Of a DNA stretch of 52,015 bases, positions 23,315 to 36,307 are shown piece after piece. The DNA is from Tubiluchus corallicola. Its lineage: Eukaryota > Animalia > Priapulida. The stretch covers positions 1-52,015 of the forward strand of contig JAQGDQ010000607.1 of assembly GCA_030141605.1 (NCBI GenBank), written 5' to 3'. A model generated the notes under the pieces. That model saw nothing but the letters and a program-made list of their open reading frames with translations, was not told the origin of the DNA and made no database searches. A program made the position numbers and the translations under genes. The number at the start of each line of letters is the position of its first letter. The first letter of the stretch is position 1.

Positions 23315-25006
23315 TACATAGCTGGATTAAAAACGATTATGGATAAGCTATTAAATTCATATTTTAATCGTGATTTACATCTTTAACTACATGCCTGTTA
23401 TGACATATAAGTGTTGATTATAAAACAGCACGACAAGACGGAATTGGTACAGCATAACAGTTTATAGCATAATAATGGTGTAACATAACTCGTCATAAAA
23501 AGAACTAAAAAACGACCCAAACAATGGAAAATGGGGTGGAAACGAATGAACGTAACCTCTGTAGCACAATGCGAGAAAAGGACAACAAAAGCAGCACAAG
23601 AAACACAATGAGTAAAATAATTCGTTTTATTGGTTGTGTAAAGCTGATTATTGGTGTTTTAGGGATGGCAAAACTATGAAGAGTCAGATTATAAAACTAC
23701 ACGTTTATTGAACACCAAACACAATGAATATAACAGATAGTAAAGCCAAGCCCCCTGATCTAGCTTGCTCTCCTTCAGCTCCTAGACTCAATCCCCTGAG
23801 CTGGGCGCATCACAAGGCTTATATATCGTGTGCGGAGCTTCGACACCTACGCTTCAGTTCTGAATCACTTGATCACGTGACACCACACCTTAACTGGGCT
23901 TCATACCAGCATTCATCAGCATAATTATCTATCATAATCTAACGCTTTTAACATCGTTTAACAGGTTCTCTTTTACTCAATGAATTGCAACAATAATTGA
24001 TTTTATATTGATTTTTAAAATTTACTTTTCTAAGCAAAACACACTATATGTACAATACTAGCCAGTTCAATGACTATCATATACCAAAAGTGAGAACTGA
24101 CCTTATGAAACATTTTACTGGTTATCAGCAGGGGCGGATACAGAAAGGGGTGGGCCCAATGAAAAAGCAACAAGGTGGTCTGGGGAGCCCCGGCTGCCAA
24201 TGCATTTTATTGCATTTTTTGGAAAACTTGTACCTCTTGTTTGTGGAAATCCGAAGTAGGCTATGCGTGGTGCTGGTTATGGTTAGATAGTCCGTTCAAA
24301 GGTTCAACGATGGGTATTTAGAATTCGTGCTAGAGCCACGGTGTCCGTTGATGGGCGTTTTCCCAGACCCAACTGTCGATTTTTTATATTTTTTATAATA
24401 TAAACAGCCTATAGAAAAACGCTCTAACGGCGCCTAGTGGGACTCTCCGAAGGAGATATATAGCTCTTTAGAAAAAGGAGATACCGGGCTACAAGATGGT
24501 TTGAGTCGCAGTTTAGGACGCTTCCACCAGGAGGCACACCTATGAGTTGATTAGAGGCTCTATTTCGGAAGATTATCGCTTAGAAAACTGCTGACGCAAA
24601 GTCATTGTTCTGATTATATTCTGTCTATAATTTTATCTGCAAACACTGTGTAGAATGTATGTGCATTATTGATTACAGGTGGATGGATCCAACAGCTTTC
24701 ATTAATAGCATACAGTTTCAATATCGTGAAAATGATGTAAAGTATTTTTTATCAGAACTGTATTTTTACGTAATTTTTATTATTTACTAACACATTCGTT
24801 TTCCTTTTATTTTTATTTATTTTACTAATGTAAATTCTATGTATGAATGTAATGGCAGTTGGCTCAGATAACTCGTTATAAGTGAGTCTATATTTTTGTA
24901 CATATAAATACACGCGTTGTTGCACTGATACAGTAATGTTATAGGACGGTTGGTAAAGCAGGGCTGGCCTTAGGTAATTGGAGGCCCTAGCCGAAGTGAA
25001 TTTGGT

Positions 25007-25236
<230 letters not shown>

Positions 25237-25678
25237 AAAAGAAACAATTAAGATTCTTAAACTATTAAACTACAAAGACTTTAAATTCCAGATTAAAATC
25301 TGAATCTATCATTGTGCCTAGTGGCGTCTCATAGCTAAAATTAGTGGGGGTGCTGCTTCAGAAATTTTTAATCATTGTCTTAATACAGTATGAAACGTAG
25401 CAAACATATGTAATTTTAATGTTGTAGTTATGCTTGAAGATCAGGTGTGAAAAACCTCTTTTCTTAACTGCAACTTTCAAGTGGAAAGATAACCGTGAAA
25501 AATTAAGCTGTTCTACTTCACTTACAGTCACAGAACCTATTTCAAGTTTACACTTTATCACACCACAAGCACGTGGCAATTGGTACTTATGTTAACAAAC
25601 TTAAACTAAAGCTAAAATAATGCTGTTTCGTCCACGTGCTTTCCCGCCATTTTTCAAACCGCCTAATGTTTGCTGCAG

Positions 25679-25843
25679 GTTCTTACGAGGTGGCAGAACC
25701 TCCCATACCTTCTGGAGGATGTCTGATCTTTGGTCAAGATCAGGATGGCGGTCCAGAACAGGGATTTGTTGTTGGTCAGAGTTTCCAGGGGATGGTCACA
25801 GATCTTATTTTCATGTTGGACTACCTGGATGGAACTGCTATAG
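25679..25843 (+). CDS. Pentraxin domain exon (IPSGGCLIFGQDQDGGPEQGFVVGQSFQG)
   Basis: Acceptor tgctgcag, donor G|gtacag; matches the GG.L.LGQEQD...F...QSF.G calcium-binding loop. Confidence 0.92.
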
Positions 25844-26039
25844 GTACAGTACTACTGAATTAGGGAAGATGGAGACGATGCAAATGATGAATCTAAATCT
25901 TAAAACATTCTCTAAGTGATAAAGACATGTGACATTTTCGTCGTCACCGTCATCGTCACCATTATGTTCGCCATCATCTTGAACATTATCGACCATGACG
26001 CTTATCAAAATCAAATTTAGCGGAGAGCATAAAATTAGG

Positions 26040-26505
26040 CTAAAGTTTGCATATCTTTACACAAGAAATTAGATCATGAAGCGGATTAGGATTAGGATTA
26101 GGATTACAATTAGGATTAGGATTAGGGTTGGGGTTAGGGTTAGAGTTAAGCTTGGGGTTACGATTAGGTTTAGGGTTAAGGCTAGGGTTAGAGTTAGGGC
26201 AAGGTTAGGGTTAGCGTTATGATTAAGGCTAGAATTAGGGTTAGGATTAGGATTAGGGGTAGGGTTATGGTAACAACTAAGGTTAGGGTTTGGATTAGGG
26301 TTACGACTAGGATTAGGTTTAGGGTTAGGGTCAGAGTTAGGGTTAGGGCCAGGTTAGGGTTAGCGTTATGATTAAGGCTAGAGTTAGGGTTAAGGCTAGG
26401 GTTAGGATTAGAGTTACGGCTAGGGTTAGGAATTAGGGTTAGGGTGACGACTAGGGTTAGGGTTTGGATTAGGTTTACGGCTAGGGTTAGGGTTAGGGTT
26501 AGGGC
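26040..26505 (+). repeat. Degenerate TTAGGG-like tract with a unique leader
   Basis: TTAGGG/TTAGGA variants; the leader is shared in inverse with 28755-28802. Confidence 0.85.
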
Positions 26506-26727
26506 AAATATAAATTGTGTGAAGAATTGTAAACAACTTCCTAAAATTGATATTTTTGTATATTTCAAATCACTTTTATAAACTTGAATCTTAACTTACG
26601 ATATAAGCTTACAATACCTCAAGAAGAATAAATTCTTTTTGTTTAGAAGACAGAAATAGCACTAAATGATATCAAACTACTTATCAATATAATACTTTGA
26701 TTTTTGCTGATTTTTTTTTCATTTCAG

Positions 26728-27092
26728 CTCAAATGGCTACCACCTGTTATAATATAGGCACCACGGATGATTTGATCATGTGGACAGAAACTGAGGTCAT
26801 CAGTCGCTTGAGGGGTAACCTTGAAATCATGTCCCCCAACACTTGTCCTCTAGGAGCCAATGAGGAGTTGTGTCTGGTAACTCCGCTAACAGAGGACCAG
26901 GTGCAGTTACTCACAGACTTTATCACTTACGTCATTCACAACAATGACTTGACAGACGACAGATTGAACTGGTTAACTCAGAGTAACAACTGGTTACTTC
27001 GGGATAATGAAGTTACTCAAGATCAGGTCAGATGGTTGACTGAGACAGTTTATCATCTGGTGAATGACAAGGAATACAACAAGTACCACTGA
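26728..27092 (+). CDS. Pentraxin-domain gene last exon (end of PTX domain plus tail of three 21-aa repeats; stop TGA)
   Basis: Acceptor tttttttcatttcag, phase 1; AQMATTC...LIMW matches the pentraxin C-terminus; open to the stop at 27092. Confidence 0.88.
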
Positions 27093-28518
27093 TGGACTCA
27101 ATAATTATATTCAATGAACAGACAAATATGTATATACTGGCGCGGCAACAGTGTCAGTAAGAACTCTCTACAAAACTTTGGAGAACTGGATAATAATAAT
27201 AGTAAGCCTTTTCACAGTTCCAGCGATTGATGATGATCGTGAAAAGGTCAAAGGTTAAGTGTATCAGACAACATATTGGTGTACATGCGACAATGCCTAC
27301 CGACCCAGACTATTGTAATAGTGATAGTTTTAACAGCTATCTAAAACCTTACCTAGTTCATTTGTTCTTGCTCCTAAGTAAAATCCAGCTAGCAAATCAC
27401 TCTACGTGCAAACTAATGTGCAATTAAGTAAAGTTCACGTAAATGTCTTAAGTTACTGAACTGATGCGGCAGATGGCATCAGTTCACTAACTCATACTTG
27501 TGCTTTGTTTTATTCTTGTTGTTATAACTTATACTTAGCTTTATTCACATGTGACGCGACGGTTATAGTTAAGTTGCGGTGGTGAGGCACTTAACCTTTG
27601 ACCCAGAGCAATTGCGCGTGTGCAAAACGAAACTGCGAAAAGGCTTATTTGAGAAGAATACAATATAATAGCTAGCTGCTATATTAACAGTACTTACGTA
27701 AACTGGTAGGTTAGAATAGAATAAAGGGGACACAAAACTTGAACTTATAAAGAAAATAAACAGAGCTTGCAAAGTTATATAAGCAATTAAAACATGACAG
27801 TCAGGAAGTGAATACTAGGTCATGGCTCAGGTGGTTTAACAAAATAAGTGTACAAAAGTCTGCAGGCGAAAATAGAATCTAAATTTATTCAAAACGTCAG
27901 CTTTATTCAGTACATGAATAATAATAATAATATATTATTATATAACTTGATAATAATATTGTGTAAATATATTCTTATTTACATGATAGGCCTAACTGTT
28001 ATAATGTCAACAAAAATTTCACATTTATCAAAAAATACACACGACGTTTTAGGTGTTGTACTTCTTTTTTCAAATGATCAGTAAAGGAAAACGGAGTTGA
28101 TTAAAATTTAAAAAATTAAATTAAGTTTATAGTGACTTTTGAAACACCGTATACTGTATATCTTGGACCTGTACCTTCCGTACAGCAAAATCCAGTTATA
28201 ACAAAACTTTGTTAATAATTTTAACGCATTAATAATTCTGGTCAGGTTTTTGGAACATACTATATCATGGGCTCACTTAGGTATACAGAACTGGGCTTGG
28301 GCTGATTAATATATTCAAGATGGCCTAAATCTGCACTTTTGGTTAATATATATTTTTATGTTTATTTTGTACTTATTATATTGTAGTTACAGTAAAAATG
28401 AATAAAAATCCTAAAAAAAATGCTAAACCATTCTTGTGTTTCTAGTATTAAGGTTGTTACTGATTTAAAGGGGAAGAAAAGGTATTTTAAAGTATGGAAG
28501 GGAGTTACAATTTAAATA

Positions 28519-28802
28519 CCTTAACCCTAATCCTACCCATAACCCAACAATAACTCTAACCCTAATGCTAATCCTAATCCTTACCCTAATCCTAACCCTT
28601 ACCCTAATCCTACCCCTAACCCAACAATAACCCTCACCCTAATCCTACCCCTAACCTAACAATAACTCTAACCCTAGCCCTAATCCTAACCCTAACCCTA
28701 CCCCTAACCCAACAATAACCCTAACCCAACAATAACCCTAACCCTAATCCTAATCTGCTTCACGAACTAATATCTTGTTTGTTGGGAATTGTAAACTTTA
28801 GG
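28519..28802 (-). repeat. Degenerate CCCTAA-like tract, inverted copy of the same element
   Basis: cctaatctgcttcacgaactaatatcttgt is the reverse complement of acaagaaattagatcatgaagcggattagg with a few mismatches. Confidence 0.85.
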
Positions 28803-29314
28803 AAAAGTACAAAATCTCCCCCCTCCCCCGCACAAATTTATATTAGTTAGCATTAATCTGTTTAAATGACTTATGTAATTCGAAAAGAAAATTCTTAGTA
28901 ATTCAAAGTGTTCGCATCAACTGGTAGAATGTCACTGACTCACCTTCCCAGTGTGCATCACTGACTCACCAAAAAAACAAATTTTTGATCTTATTATTAA
29001 TATAAAATAGTTAAACCTTTTGTTTAGTTACCACGAGTGTGCTGCAAATATTCTGATTATATTTTCAAACTTTGAGCAATGTTATCTAAACTTGCTTCAA
29101 ACGACATACCGTCAAAGTGATATAGCAAGTTTTTGCGGCGTTACTGCTAATACAAATTCAGCGTGTTTGTTTGTCCGTTTCTCTGTTCGCTTGACCGGAT
29201 GCTTGTGTGTATGTATGTGTGTAGGTCTATTTGTTACTGTGTGTATGTATGTATGTTTATTTGTTTGTTTGTGTGTATGTATGTGTGTAGCCATAGACGT
29301 ACGATGCTTGGGGT

Positions 29315-29702
<388 letters not shown>

Positions 29703-30469
29703 TTTATATATGTACAAAAAAGAGCAAAATGATAAAGTTTCCATCGACTTAGTTAACAGCTGTAGCATAAAAGTTCTACTGATGACAGTAATGTCTTCTC
29801 TGAGCTTCTTTTCCTTCAAACAAAATTGGAGGAAATCAGGAAGCGAAGTTATGCGGGAAACTGGGATCTCATACGAGCCATAAGAAATACTCATATCGTC
29901 TGCGACCTTGAACCTTGAATTTTACCTCTCGTTTTTACGACGGATATCATATAAAGAGAGTACAACCTGGTTTGCTATTGCTAGCCTCAGCTTTTTTTTA
30001 TAATAATCTAGATTCATAGTATCAAACACACAAACAAGAGGCTAAACAAACCAGCAAAGAAAATATACAGTAAAAAAATTTTGTGACATTGACCTTTGAA
30101 CTTCTGTATTCATATTCGTGTCGGTTGGCTAGGACACTAATTTACATCTTCGCGGCCGTAACTTACATCGTATATTTTTCTCTTTTTTTCTTCCTAATAC
30201 ACACTGTTCGGAAGATTTTTCTCTGCTTGCCCTTTAATCTAAAGTTGCACTTATTTAGAATTGCCTGTAAAACTTGGCTTCGTTATATGCACTTAGTAGG
30301 TCAGCCAATCAGAATTGAGCACGTTTTTTAGTCAGCGTTTTAGTCAACGAAGAGAGCCACGTTTTTGATTTTCGGTAATATTTGAATTTAAAATAAAACC
30401 TTTGTGATTACTTCAAAACATTTCGGTAATATTTGAATTTAAAATAAAACTTTTGTGATTACTTCAAAA

Positions 30470-30790
<321 letters not shown>

Positions 30791-30898
30791 TGCATGTACC
30801 CAAATAGGTACGCCCAAGGACCTAGAACTTCCTCATTAGTTGATATTTGACCATTGCATATCCTAGGTGTGGTTTGGTATTTCACGAATAAATACCCA

Positions 30899-31386
30899 TA
30901 ATAAAATGGAACAGAAGTGAAATAATTTACATCTCTCTTTCTCAGACAGCAAATTCTCAAACCTTGTAATAAAATGGAACAGAAGTGAAATAATTTACAT
31001 CTCTCTTTCTCAGACAGCAAATTCTCAAACCTTGTAATAAAATGGAACAGAAGTGAAATAATTTACATCTCTCTTTCTCAGACAGCAAATTCTCAAACCT
31101 TGTAATAAAATGGAACAGAAGTGAAATAATTTACATCTCTCATTCTCAGACAGCAAATTCTTAAACCTTGTAATAAAATGGAACAGAAGTGAAATAATTT
31201 ACATCTCTCTTTCTCAGACAGCAAATTCTTAAACCTTGTAATAAAATGGAACAGAAGTGAAATAATTTACATCTCTCTTTCTCAGACAGCAAATTCTCAA
31301 ACCTTGTAATAAAATGGAACAGAAGTGAAATAATTTACATTTCTCTTTCTCAGACAGCAAATTCTCAAACCTTGTAATGAAATGGA
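30899..31386. repeat. 68-bp minisatellite, about 7 units
   Basis: taataaaatggaacagaagtgaaataatttacatctctctttctcagacagcaaattctcaaaccttg repeated. Confidence 0.95.
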
Positions 31387-32211
31387 CGAGGAGAAAAATC
31401 AAGAGTAAGAGAACTGTAAAGACGTTAGGCCCAAGTATTGTAATACCCAAGTATTAAGTAGCATACCTCTTCATTTCTTACGTGTACCTATAAAACTAAA
31501 AAATCAAAATATCTGACAAACATAGTAAAAAAATTGGACAAAAAGGCAACAACGTGTCCAAAATTCTTAAAATAATAATAAAATTATTATGACGAGGTAG
31601 ACTGATTGCCTTCATAAGCATGAGACAATATTTTACAAGCAAACTTGACCCACTGCTAAACTATAACTGGAACCATATTAAAATGGAATATGCTGGTTTC
31701 AAGTGTTGGAAGGAACCTGATCAGGATTCTGGTTTCAAGTGTTGGGAGGAACTTGACCAGGATTCTGGTTTTGGTCGCTCTTGCTCTCAAAACTTCCCAG
31801 GCATGGACAGGACAACAGCAATGCAGCAAGAATTAACAAAACTTTCAAAAGCAAAATTATAAGCATCAGTAAATTCTCCCAAGACTAACCACGAGACTGC
31901 ACATAATATCTGTACAGTGACATTACGAAATCGTTTAAAACATTTTAGACAGTTTTAATTAAATTTATTTCGAACATTAAAGCATACAAGCGAAAATTCT
32001 ATAATATAAAAATTTCAATTTTTTAAACACAAGTAGTAAGTCAATATAATTCGAACACTAGAATACGTTATGGACTTTACACGACTGAACAAAATGAATT
32101 TGTAAAATAAACAACAAAAGACAAAATCAATGCTTTTTGTAAGAAAACAAACATTTTTTCCTAAAAATAAAATAACAAATTGAAAGGGTCTCCAAAATTA
32201 AAACAAAAATT

Positions 32212-32375
32212 TTAGCCTAATCTTTTTGTGCATAACTCAAGTGTTATGCATGCTGAAGTTGTGAATTCTTTTCCAATAATACGCTTAGGATTCTGCAAAC
32301 CACATTGCAAGCGTATGGAATTCCACTTGTCGTCCAGAGACCAGATGAGACGCTTGTCGCAGACCAATCCCAAAC
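32212..32375 (-). CDS. Secreted LRR protein, exon 2 (LRRCT-like cap LVCDKRLIWS...LQCG..P..IIGK; stop TAA)
   Basis: Acceptor ttttattttctag, phase 1, in frame with exon 1; total 273 aa. Not in the ORF track; translated by hand. Confidence 0.78.
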
Positions 32376-32633
32376 CTAGAAAATAAAATCCTTGTTAGCC
32401 ATAGGCGTACGATGCTTGAGGTTAAGGGGGGGGGAGGGCGATTGCCTTACAACAGCAAAAGTATTGTGTTTCAGGACAAAAGCTAATTATTTTGAGAAGC
32501 AAATAATCGTGTTTTAAAATTTAAGATTTCAATGTTAAAAACTTGCTGCAATTAAAGACTGTAACGAATTGTTGATAAATTTTAATAATTATAAAGCTAT
32601 AGTAATGCCTGCTATATATATAGCGAAACTTAC

Positions 32634-33291
32634 CTAAAACCATTATACTAACTTGAGAAGTGGAACAACTTGGGTGTAGCAGAGGTTTCTCTATGCTCTC
32701 TACTCCCGTTGCATACAAGTAAGAGAAGTCTGGATGTTGCATCAAATCCAAGGCAGGAATCTTCAAATGTGGGCTACCAATGTGAATCCTTATTGCTCGT
32801 AGACCAGTTACTTTAGCAAAAGCTTGTGGATGTATGTGCAAAAGCTCATGATTAAAAGCGAATGCAAGATGTTCAACGGAACCTACAATAGCATTAGCAG
32901 GCAAGGTAGTGAATTTACTTAAGCTTATGCCTAATGCATTCACTGATTTACCAGTAAAATTCATTCTGAAAGCATCTCCACCTGCAGATTCGTTGGTTGC
33001 GAAACGTTCGATTTTGAGTAATTCTATAGGTTGAGGAAGCTTATCAGCTATATTCTGAATATCCTCAGGTTTCAAGCAATGACCTTCATATGGTGTTCCT
33101 GGGTAGCACTTCGGTTCTAGATAGTTTGGTTTGCAGACTATAGTACAATTGTCTCCACTATAATAGCGTGTGATATGAAAGCATAAATGATGGTCAATCT
33201 TTTCACAAAAGGCTGAAAACCCTGGCTGAATGCACATCACAACAATAATAAATGCACCACAAAGGATTATAGAAACGTTAGGTGCCTCCAT
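32634..33291 (-). CDS. Secreted leucine-rich-repeat protein, exon 1 (signal peptide, Cys-rich N-cap, degenerate LRRs)
   Basis: ATG at 33291; hydrophobic MEAPNVSIILCGAFIIVVMCIQPGFSA; LRR-like segments FTTLPANAI and LAFAFNHELLHIHPQAFAKVTGLRAI; donor G|gtaagt at 32633. Confidence 0.8.
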
Positions 33292-34734
33292 CTTAGCGCA
33301 AACAAGTCAGCAAGTTAAGTTAGTACGCTTGACTGACTTCGAAAGGGAAAAGGTAGGAGACACAAGTTTCAACTGAGCAAAAATTAGAATGTTTTGATGA
33401 ATGTCAACGATCACTAACAATAGACAATGCTGTACCGTAACTATGACAACATGACGTAATAATGTCTCTGCCTAACTTATTAGAATATTATATGTACAAC
33501 TAAACCACAACTATGCTATAATTGCAAATGTTCAGGTTTACTTTTTTAAAATAACTTTCAATCATTTTTATCAGCTACAAAGATTTCTATTGAGTTTCTT
33601 TAACAATTGAAAATTTGGGATCGGGATTTCGGTGTTGGGATCATAATGACCACAATCACAAACAGCCCTGTTAGTCTGCTCTCCTCTTGTGTATCATCTT
33701 TCTTTATCCATTTTTCTTCCTCTCCCCCTGTTTCACTCACATACTCTCTCCGTGTGTCTCTCTCCCTCTCTTTCAATCTCTCTATCTCTTCCTTTGTCTC
33801 TATAACTCTTCCTCTGTAGGTTCTATTTCTCTTTCTTTCCCCTCTCTGTTTCTTTCCATATGCCTTTTCTTCTCTGTCTGTCCTTCACTTCCTCTCTTTC
33901 TCTCTCCCTCCCTCATATTCGAGATTTTTTCTCCCAATGAAGTTCTTTGAGCTATGATTGAAGTACAATGGCAATAGTTTGCTGGAGGAACATCGAAGCC
34001 TGAGTCCAGTTCACCTTTGGCAAAGGGTCGATTACTTATATGTACTTGAGGAACTAATGCTGCATTATTGCACACGAAATAGTAGCTCTTTGTTAGTGAA
34101 CTATCTACCTTGAGTAAGAAAGTTTCTAGTAAGAAAAGAAATTGGGTTTAGATTTAGATTCAGAAATACTCTATTTTTAAGGACAAAGTCCATGTAAGAT
34201 TTCATACAATATAAAATTTTAAAAAGCTTCTGTCACAAGATGTGACAAAACATGGAAAAGGACTATAGATGCTAAATCATTAAAAATGATTTTGTTAATA
34301 GAGTGTATGTTTTTGCCCTATAGAAATTTTGTTGGATCCGGATAACTCTATTGCTTGCTACCACAATAAATATTTTTTCTGTAACGTTCTGTTGCATTTT
34401 TGGAAGGGAAAATTGTGTTCCTCTTCTGCTGGTAGTTCTCGTGAGCGGTTGTAGAGGACAGTCTATTTCATCGATTTGTTGATATTTTACGCACATGCGT
34501 TTTCCACGGTAGGCAAGCGGCTCGAGGCCTATTACTATTGTTTTGTTGGCTTTTTTTGCAAAAATTATACACTAGTACAGAGTAAAACAAATTACACTAA
34601 CATAAAATCAGTGTATAACCAGTCAGTGACAGACTGATGTGTGCAATTGTGTCAGTTAGTGCAAGTAAAAGTTATGAGAATAAAAAGATTAAAATGCTAT
34701 ATTACATGTCTACAAATTTGTCTACATGATGACA

Positions 34735-34901
34735 TTTATATGACATGATATATGAATTTATATGATATGATATATGAATATATATGATATGATATATGAA
34801 TATATATGATATATGAGTTTATATGATATGATATATGAGTTTATATAATATGATATATGAATTTATATGATATGATATATGAATTTATATGGTATGATAT
34901 A

Positions 34902-34933
<32 letters not shown>
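34735..34933. repeat. ATATG/AT-rich simple repeat
   Basis: Direct inspection. Confidence 0.9.
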
Positions 34934-34935
<2 letters not shown>

Positions 34936-35798
34936 CTTATCTCACAGTAACACATAAACATAGATTATTATTACATTGAAAAAAATTATAAACTAAACGA
35001 GTGACTGTTAGGAGGAGATAAGTGGAAGAATTGAGAATTGACATTACATAGTATTTTCATCAATTATAACGTCATCGTCAGCCAAGCGTGGCAACGAACC
35101 AGTTCAAGACTAGGCAATTTCAAGAATGAAGGGTTCATACATTAATGTTTACTCAGCCAAATCCGGGCGCAATAATAATACGAAACTATAGCAGCATTAG
35201 CACAGTTCTGTGTTCATTTTACTATATTTCTCATTCTCTCTTTGAATTTCTGTGTCACCTGCCAAGTGTCACCGTACTTTCAGCGTGACTTACTGCTTTC
35301 ATTCTCTATACATGTTTGCAAATTTCATTTCACGTGTAGTTGTTGCAGGACAAATGTTAAGTGTACCTCTTAACTGCAACCACCACACGAAGTGTAAATC
35401 AAAGCTGTTTGCTGCATCAGTTCAGCAACTTCAGTTGTTTTACGTAGACTTTACTTGTCTATGCACTAGTCTGCGCATAGAGTGATTTACTAGCACGATA
35501 TTACTTAGGAACAAGAAAAATGAACAAGGAACTAGACAAGGTTCCAGCTGGCCGTAAACTGTTACTGTAACAGCCGCATGGGCTGCAAAGCGTTGTCAAG
35601 TGTACACAAATGCGTTGCCTGGTTCACTTGACCTTTGACCTTTTCGTGATCATCATCAAAGGCTGGAACTGTGAAAAGGGTTACTATTATTATTATCTAG
35701 TTCTCCAAAGTTTTGTAGAGAGTTCTTACTGCCACTGTTGCCACACTAGTATATATAGAAAGCACTTGTATATATAAATGTAAGTTTAACAGAAAATG

Positions 35799-36307
35799 CA
35801 GGGATGAGAGTGACAAATTGCAAAAAACTCTGAAACAGGCCGGGGATTTGCGGACCGCATAGGCCCCCATGGGGGTTCAAGGGGACGAAGCAACAAATTG
35901 CAATTTTGTGACCATAGAGAACCTCTAAGTGAACTTAAAATATCAATTACCTAGTTTCATTCATAATTTAAAATACCCAACTATCAAGGATACATGATAC
36001 CTAATTGTCTCAAAAACGCCCAAGTACTGGCTGCTCCTATGCAAAAGTATATAAAAACTGTTTGCAATTGACTCAAATAACTCCACACAATTGATTCTAT
36101 ATTTTTATACATAGAGATATACACGTGGTTACACTGATGTACGTGATGTAAACAAAGTGACGGCCTGCCAACTAGCGGTGAGCTTGTGAAATAACGTACT
36201 GGGTCCGTAAAAATTTTCTCAACGAATTTACGCGATTTACAAAAATGGCACTACTGGTCTTCCAAAAACTCGAAATTCCGCGTATCCGCGGAAAATTCTC
36301 ATCCCTG
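35799..36307. mobile_element. hAT-like MITE (TIR CAGGGATGAGA), copy A
   Basis: Inverted termini; direct copy at 41974-42507; internal block shared with 15970-16383. Confidence 0.75.

Noticed and set aside
26083-28755. Telomere-telomere fusion site
   Set aside because: The tracts are degenerate, are separated by an intact coding exon, and share a non-telomeric leader, which points to a dispersed repeat.
31620-31862. 80-aa ORF with a WKEPDQDSGFKC duplication
   Set aside because: A 36-bp local duplication with no recognisable domain or splice context.
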